Source: Desulfatiglandales bacterium
Lineage (GTDB): Bacteria; Desulfobacterota; DSM-4660; Desulfatiglandales; HGW-15
Reading direction: 5' to 3'
Length of the DNA: 64,000 nt
NCBI GenBank assembly: GCA_963667015.2
Contig: CAXXJJ010000004.1
Location: forward strand, 2,624,001 to 2,688,000
Below are positions 58,151 through 64,000 of the stretch, piece after piece. Made by a program: the position numbers and the translations under genes. Under the pieces are notes generated by a model. That model saw only the letters and a program-made list of their open reading frames with translations, did not search any database and had not been told where the DNA came from. Every line of letters begins with the position of its first letter. The stretch's first letter is position 1.

Positions 58151-59509
58151 ATGTCAAAGCATTCTAAGTTAATTTTCATCTGCCAAAACTGCGGATATCA
58201 GACACCTAAATGGCTGGGCAAATGCCCTGACTGCGGTCAGTGGGACAGCATAAGTGAAGAAATCACAGGCAGCCCCGCCAGGGTTTCTACTCTATCAACC
58301 ACAATGAGTGGTCCCCAGGAAATCAGCAGCATACCCTTTTCTCCTGACAGTAAAATCAAAACCGGGATGACTGAATTTGACAGGGCAATTGGCGGCGGGA
58401 TTGTTCCCGGATCCCTTTTACTTATTGGCGGTGAACCGGGGATTGGGAAATCGACCCTTATTCTCCAGGTCGCCGGAGACCTTTCTCAAAATGATAGAAA
58501 AACAATCTATCTCTCAGGAGAAGAATCTGCTCAGCAAATAAAACTTAGAGCAGAGAGGCTGTCAATCAACTCTGACAATATCTATATAATTACAGGCACA
58601 TGTATAGAAGATCTTTTTGACAGGATAAAAGACATTAAAACAGATTTTTTGGTTGTTGATTCTATTCAGACAACATACACGGATACACTGCCCTCGGCTC
58701 CGGGAAGTGTCGGGCAGATAAGAGAAGTCTCTGCAAAACTCCTGAGATGGGCTAAAGAAAAAAACATTCCGGTCTTTCTGATCGGGCATATAACAAAGGA
58801 AGGCGCAATTGCTGGCCCAAAAATTCTCGAACACCTTGTGGATACCGTCCTTTATTTTGAGGGGGATAGCAGCCATACCTTCAGGATAATAAGGACTGTA
58901 AAAAACCGCTATGGATCTACAAATGAAATCGGTGTTTTTGAGATGAAGGAAACAGGACTTGCAGAGGTTGGGAATCCGTCAAGGATTTTTCTCGAAGAGC
59001 GGCCGGAGAATGCCTCCGGATCGGTTGTAATACCCTGCCTCGAAGGCACAAGACCTTTGCTTCTGGAAATTCAGGCACTCGTAAGCCCAAGCCCTTTTGG
59101 CATGCCCAGAAGAACCGCTGTTGGCGTAGACCACAATCGAATTTCTCTCCTGGTTGCGGTTCTGGCGAAAAGGATCGGTATTGAACTTGGAGATCAGGAT
59201 ATATTTGTAAACGTTGCAGGAGGTCTGCGGGTAGATGAACCGGCTGCAGACCTGGGAATTGTAACGGCAATGATATCCAGCTTCCTGAATAAACCTGTTG
59301 ACCCTGAAATGGTCATATTCGGAGAAGTTGGACTGGCAGGAGAAGTACGCGGGGTTATTCAGCCAGAAACAAGGATCAGGGAAGCGGAAAAAATGGGATT
59401 TGCCAAATGCATCCTGTCCAGGAGCAATCTTGAGAGCTGCAGAACCGAATATAATATTAAAAAATACGGTGTTAATTCCGTATCAGATTTAATGGATATT
59501 TTATTTTAA
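58151..59509 (+). CDS. radA: DNA repair protein RadA/Sms
   Basis: C4 zinc finger, GEPGIGKST, KNRYG motif, Lon-like C-terminus. Confidence 0.97.
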   Translation: MSKHSKLIFICQNCGYQTPKWLGKCPDCGQWDSISEEITGSPARVSTLSTTMSGPQEISSIPFSPDSKIKTGMTEFDRAIGGGIVPGSLLLIGGEPGIGKSTLILQVAGDLSQNDRKTIYLSGEESAQQIKLRAERLSINSDNIYIITGTCIEDLFDRIKDIKTDFLVVDSIQTTYTDTLPSAPGSVGQIREVSAKLLRWAKEKNIPVFLIGHITKEGAIAGPKILEHLVDTVLYFEGDSSHTFRIIRTVKNRYGSTNEIGVFEMKETGLAEVGNPSRIFLEERPENASGSVVIPCLEGTRPLLLEIQALVSPSPFGMPRRTAVGVDHNRISLLVAVLAKRIGIELGDQDIFVNVAGGLRVDEPAADLGIVTAMISSFLNKPVDPEMVIFGEVGLAGEVRGVIQPETRIREAEKMGFAKCILSRSNLESCRTEYNIKKYGVNSVSDLMDILF

Positions 59510-59530
59510 AAGAGGCGTTTCAGATAAAGT

Positions 59531-60592
59531 TTGGAGACAACAGCAATAAAAAAAACAACAGAATTATGGGAGGATCTCCTTAATCAGGGCATAGCATGTG
59601 CTGATGAGTTGACGCAGATTTCGGGATATAATAGATCGGATATTGATATTGTTGCAGGAAAATATCCAATGTTTATAAACCCGTATTACTTTAATGTGAT
59701 AAAGAACAACAGAAGCCTTTTGAAACAGGCGATCCCTGATATAAGGGAGATTTCAGATCAAAGGGGCTACCTCGATCCACTGGACGAAGAAAACCTTTCC
59801 CCTGTACCAGGACTTACACATAAATATCCCGACAGGGTTCTGTTCCTCATATCCGGCCGGTGCGCAATGTACTGCAGGTTCTGCAACAGAAAAAGAAAAG
59901 TCGGAAATCCTTCAATGGTAACAGAAGAATCAATTGAAGAAGGGTTAAAATACATAAAGGCTACAAAAGCCGTTAAGGATGTGCTCCTTTCGGGGGGAGA
60001 CCCCCTGCTTCTATCCGATGAAAGACTAAATTACATTCTGTCCCGGTTAAAAGAGATAAACCATGTGGAAATAGTCCGAATCGGGACAAGGATTCCATGC
60101 ACACTTCCCCAGAGAATAACTCCGGACCTTGTAAACATCCTGAAAAGGTATCACCCGCTTTATATCAATACGCACTTCAACCATCCCCGGGAAATAACAC
60201 CTGAAGCCTCCGTTGCATGTAAAATGCTTGCAGATGCTGGGATTCCATTGGGATGTCAGACAGTCCTTCTAAAGGGAATTAACGATGACATAGACACGAT
60301 ACTTGAACTCATGAGAAGGTTGCTCACAATTCGCGTAAAGCCATATTATCTGTTTCAGGCAGATCTGGCCAGAGGCACATCTCATTTCTGGACACCGCTT
60401 CAAAAAGGGATTGAAATTATATCCGGGCTTCAGGGATTCTTATCCGGCATCGGTGTCCCACGATTTGTAATTGACCTGCCCAACGGGGGAGGAAAAATTC
60501 CGGTCATTCCCGAGTATATAAAGGCTGTAAAAGGAAATGAATTTATTATAAGGAATTATAAGGGGGTTGAATATAAATACCCGGTAATATAA
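59531..60592 (+). CDS. KamA-family radical SAM (lysine 2,3-aminomutase-like)
   Basis: HKYPDR, CAMYCRFC, SGGDP, HFNH, GGGK. Confidence 0.9.
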   Translation: METTAIKKTTELWEDLLNQGIACADELTQISGYNRSDIDIVAGKYPMFINPYYFNVIKNNRSLLKQAIPDIREISDQRGYLDPLDEENLSPVPGLTHKYPDRVLFLISGRCAMYCRFCNRKRKVGNPSMVTEESIEEGLKYIKATKAVKDVLLSGGDPLLLSDERLNYILSRLKEINHVEIVRIGTRIPCTLPQRITPDLVNILKRYHPLYINTHFNHPREITPEASVACKMLADAGIPLGCQTVLLKGINDDIDTILELMRRLLTIRVKPYYLFQADLARGTSHFWTPLQKGIEIISGLQGFLSGIGVPRFVIDLPNGGGKIPVIPEYIKAVKGNEFIIRNYKGVEYKYPVI

Positions 60593-60668
60593 AGAAGAGA
60601 TAATTATCTACAGAATTGGTTTGTATAAATACTAAAGTGGCTTTATTAGATCAGGAAAGGAAAAGATA

Positions 60669-62270
60669 ATGATAAAAGTATCATGCATGGGCGGGGCAGG
60701 CGGGGTAACAGGTTCAAGTTTTTTGGTTGAAAGCAATCAGGGGAAAAAAGTACTGGTTGACTGCGGATTGTTTCAGGGCGGAAGGCAGATGGAACAGCGG
60801 AACTGGGCAGACTGGGGTTTTAACCCGGCAGATATCAGCACATTATTTTTGACCCACGCCCACATTGATCACAGCGGAAGAATACCGAAACTGGTAAAAG
60901 ATGGTTTTTCAGGGAAAATAATAACTTCTCCGCCCACTGCAGAATTATGTGAAATAATGCTCCTTGATTCAGCTCATATACAGGAAATGGATGCGGAATG
61001 GCAGACCAAAAAAAACAAAAGACAGTCAAAATCCGAAATAGAGCCCCTCTACAACACTAAAGATGCAGAAGAATCTCTTCATCTTTTTTCACCTATCGAG
61101 AGAGATAATATTATTCAGGTTGAGCCGGGAATAAAGGCCAGATTAAGAAATGCAGGGCATATTCTTGGCTCCTCAATACTTGAGCTGTGGGTTGAAACCG
61201 AAGGCGGAGAGGTCAAGATTGTTTTTTCGGGCGACATAGGCAAACATAATCAATTGATCGTAAAGGATCCCCATGAAATATTTGCGGCTGATTACCTTTT
61301 TATCGAATCAACCTATGGTGACAGACTGCATCGAACATTTGATGACAGCGTGGTTGAACTTTTGGAGGCAATAAAACACGCTGCATCAAATAATGAGAAG
61401 GTAATAATCCCTGCCTTTGCCGTAGAGAGAACACAGGAAATCCTTTATATCCTGGGAGACTTCCAGCGCAAGGGAGAACTGCCTGACATCCCCATATACC
61501 TCGACAGCCCGCTTGCAATCAGGGCGACCCAGATCTTCCGTAAAAACAAAAAATACTATGATGAAGAAGCAATGGCGATTGTGAAAGAAGGTTTTGATCC
61601 CTTTGATATGCCGAATCTCAAATTTACTCTGGCTACCAAAGATTCCATGGCTATAAACGAAACCCCCGGATCTGCAATTGTCATAGCCGCAAATGGCATG
61701 TGCACTGCCGGAAGGATAAAACATCACCTCAAGCATAATCTATGGCGTCCCGGTGCCAGCATTGTAATAGTCGGTTATCAGGCTGTTGGCACAACAGGAA
61801 GAAAAATCGTGGAAGGCGCCAGGTCGGTAAAGATTTTCCGTGAAAATGTCGATGTAAATGCAAAGGTATATACAATAGGAGGATTCTCAGCACATGCTGA
61901 TCAAAAAGATCTTCTTGAATGGGTAAGTAATTTTAAGGAGTCCAGCCCAAGGGTATTTGTAATACACGGGGAGGAGACATCAAGCCGGAAATTCGCGGAT
62001 AAAATAAAGACTAACTTTGGTTTTGAGGCACATGTACCGGGATACAGGGAGCGCCTGATCCTGAAACCGCGGGAAATAATCAGTGAAGAAGTATCGGCCC
62101 CTGCAGAAGCAGCATACTTTGAACCTGCATATAACAGCATTATTGATATTGAGAAGCAATTGGCCGATCTTAAAAAATACTTAAAGAAGAATGAAGGCGA
62201 CCTGAGTGAAGATGTCATTGACAGGCTTAAATATATCCTTGATGATTTGCAGGACCTGCAAAAATCATAG
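60669..62270 (+). CDS. MBL-fold beta-CASP RNA-processing hydrolase
   Basis: THAHIDHSG, AGHILG, SGD, ESTYG, FSAHAD. Confidence 0.93.
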   Translation: MIKVSCMGGAGGVTGSSFLVESNQGKKVLVDCGLFQGGRQMEQRNWADWGFNPADISTLFLTHAHIDHSGRIPKLVKDGFSGKIITSPPTAELCEIMLLDSAHIQEMDAEWQTKKNKRQSKSEIEPLYNTKDAEESLHLFSPIERDNIIQVEPGIKARLRNAGHILGSSILELWVETEGGEVKIVFSGDIGKHNQLIVKDPHEIFAADYLFIESTYGDRLHRTFDDSVVELLEAIKHAASNNEKVIIPAFAVERTQEILYILGDFQRKGELPDIPIYLDSPLAIRATQIFRKNKKYYDEEAMAIVKEGFDPFDMPNLKFTLATKDSMAINETPGSAIVIAANGMCTAGRIKHHLKHNLWRPGASIVIVGYQAVGTTGRKIVEGARSVKIFRENVDVNAKVYTIGGFSAHADQKDLLEWVSNFKESSPRVFVIHGEETSSRKFADKIKTNFGFEAHVPGYRERLILKPREIISEEVSAPAEAAYFEPAYNSIIDIEKQLADLKKYLKKNEGDLSEDVIDRLKYILDDLQDLQKS

Positions 62271-62335
62271 ATCTGCATAAAATATAATTTTGTTTTTGGC
62301 GCAGGTAAAATAGGTTCAAAATACTGAATAAAGAT

Positions 62336-64000
62336 ATGAATCAATCAAAAAAAATAAAGACCAATCTCGAGTATCTTAAAAAGCTTTTTATCATGCCGGA
62401 GTCGCCGGATAAATTTGTTGAGTTCGGCCATGAACTGCTGGAAATGATACATGATTTTTTTCAGGAAAAAGGAGGCATCCACAGCAGCGCAACACTCCCA
62501 CAGTTAAGTGGTATTTTCAATCAGACCTCGATCCCTGACAGCCCTTCATTAATCAAGGACGTCATGTCCGAGATCAAGTCAAAGGTTATAGACCATTCTG
62601 TAAAGGTTGGAAACCCCTACTATATAGGTCATATGACCAGCGCCATACCCTATTTCATGGTCCTCCTTGAGATGATCATCGCTGCATTGAACCAGAACCA
62701 GGTCAAGATCGAAACAGCAAAGGCGTCGAGCTTCGTTGAAAGAGAACTTGTAGCCTGGCTGCACAACCTGATATTTAACAAAAGACCCGGCTTCTATGAA
62801 AGGAACATACACAACCCAAAGGTCTCCCTTGGAAGTGTAACCTCAGGCGGGACGCTCTCAAATGTCACAGCATTGATGGTAGCAAGGGAAAGGGCATTTC
62901 CCCCTGAGGGTGAATTCCCTGGATTGAGGATTGCCGGTTCAGAAAAGGCACTGAGATATTATGGATATAACAGGGGAATAATCCTTGTTTCAACAAGGGG
63001 CCATTATTCTATTACAAAGGCGGCAAACATTCTTGGGATAGGAGAATCAAATGTCATTAATATCCCTGTTGATAAAAATAATCGAATAAATATTAAAAAG
63101 CTTCTGAAAAGAATTAAATCATTCAATGGGAAAAGAAAAACTGACCGCACAAAAATAATCTCCATAATAGGAATTGCCGGTACAACCGAAACCGGAAATA
63201 TTGATGATCTCGAAACCTTAAGCAAAATAGCCAGAGATAATGAGGCCTATTTTCATGTAGATGCCGCCTGGGGCGGCCCGGCCCTTCTGGTCGATGAATA
63301 CAGACCGCTTTTCAGGGGGATAGAGAAAGCGGATTCCGTAGCATTTGACTCTCATAAACTGCTTTATTGCCCGATGAGTATGGGGCTTGCTCTGTTCAGG
63401 AGTGAAAAAGACCTTGGGTATATCAAGCATAATTCAAGATATGTAATACGAAAAAATTCCGTTGATACAGGCAGGTTTACGCTGGAGGGGTCTCGGCCTT
63501 TTGCCTGCCTCAAACCATGGGCCTCACTGAAAATTATCGGGAAGAAGGGATATGGCCTGCTGTTCAGGCAGGCAAGAAACGCGACAGATTATTTCCAGGA
63601 GATTCTGGATTCCTGTGACAATTTTGAGATACTGAACAACCCTGAACTGTTTATACTTAATTACCGGTTCATTCCCGAGACAGTACAGCATCAGATCTCC
63701 ATGTGGAGAAATACCAGAACAAAAACAGGGAGAATTGAGAAAAAGGCAAAAAAGAAGATCCATAAAACCAATATGCTTATCAACAGCCTGAATATAAAAC
63801 TTCACAGGGCACTGAGAAAGGATGATACGACTTTCGTTTCCAGAACAACCCTTGAATCAACAGTCTATCGTCCCCAAAATATAGTAGTACTGCGCGCGGT
63901 TCTTATAAACCCGCTGACAGAAAACAATGTACTGGATGAGATAAAGAACACACAGAACCGCATCGGACTTGATATGTGGAAGGAGTTCAGTCCTGCCTTT
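62336..64000 (+). CDS. panP: Group II PLP-dependent decarboxylase, PanP-like (runs off the window; absent from the ORF track)
   Basis: Manual translation from ATG 62336 (MNQSKKIKTNLEYLKKLF): YIGHMTSA, LNQNQVKIETAK, GIAGTTETG, HVDAAWGG, DSHK. Confidence 0.75.
   Translation, partial: MNQSKKIKTNLEYLKKLFIMPESPDKFVEFGHELLEMIHDFFQEKGGIHSSATLPQLSGIFNQTSIPDSPSLIKDVMSEIKSKVIDHSVKVGNPYYIGHMTSAIPYFMVLLEMIIAALNQNQVKIETAKASSFVERELVAWLHNLIFNKRPGFYERNIHNPKVSLGSVTSGGTLSNVTALMVARERAFPPEGEFPGLRIAGSEKALRYYGYNRGIILVSTRGHYSITKAANILGIGESNVINIPVDKNNRINIKKLLKRIKSFNGKRKTDRTKIISIIGIAGTTETGNIDDLETLSKIARDNEAYFHVDAAWGGPALLVDEYRPLFRGIEKADSVAFDSHKLLYCPMSMGLALFRSEKDLGYIKHNSRYVIRKNSVDTGRFTLEGSRPFACLKPWASLKIIGKKGYGLLFRQARNATDYFQEILDSCDNFEILNNPELFILNYRFIPETVQHQISMWRNTRTKTGRIEKKAKKKIHKTNMLINSLNIKLHRALRKDDTTFVSRTTLESTVYRPQNIVVLRAVLINPLTENNVLDEIKNTQNRIGLDMWKEFSPAF

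Noticed and set aside
62579..63805. Short minus-strand ORFs
   Set aside because: Antisense shadows of the decarboxylase gene, which is missing from the track because it has no stop in the window.

Overview
Bacterial chromosomal window, most consistent with an anaerobic Desulfobacterota-like organism (inferred from gene content). The left ~22 kb is the most interesting part. It is a divergent two-operon locus. The plus-strand operon (14115-20867) encodes a Cys-rich ferredoxin, a radical SAM enzyme that resembles archaeal GDGT ring synthases (Grs), a DUF116-polyprenyl synthase fusion, a stand-alone prenyltransferase-type barrel and a DxDD class II terpene cyclase. No squalene synthase is present in the window. 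The minus-strand operon (13079 to <1) encodes PQQ/BamB-like beta-propellers, a GT4 glycosyltransferase, a LolD/MacB-type ABC exporter, Tat-signal Fe-S and NHL proteins, a membrane polyferredoxin and a NuoE-like gene. Together these look like an uncharacterised isoprenoid/terpenoid (glyco)lipid synthesis, redox and export system. Seven PQQ-type propeller genes (one a pseudogene) lie in the first 30 kb. At 32.4-37.2 kb is a small accessory island: a ParB-DNA-methyltransferase pseudogene disrupted by a 150-bp MITE (6-bp target-site duplication) and a 50-bp palindromic insert, an AT-rich TIGR04255-like three-gene module, and a DUF4258/DUF2283 toxin-antitoxin pair. The right half is mostly housekeeping: nudC, queE, transporters, galE, a c-di-GMP-I riboswitch unit, a HydABC/NuoEFG-like module without a catalytic domain, nrdJ with NrdR boxes, sfsA, recD2, an SLBB export protein, radA, a KamA-family enzyme, a beta-CASP hydrolase and a PanP-like decarboxylase. 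Family assignments come from recognised motifs, not database searches.
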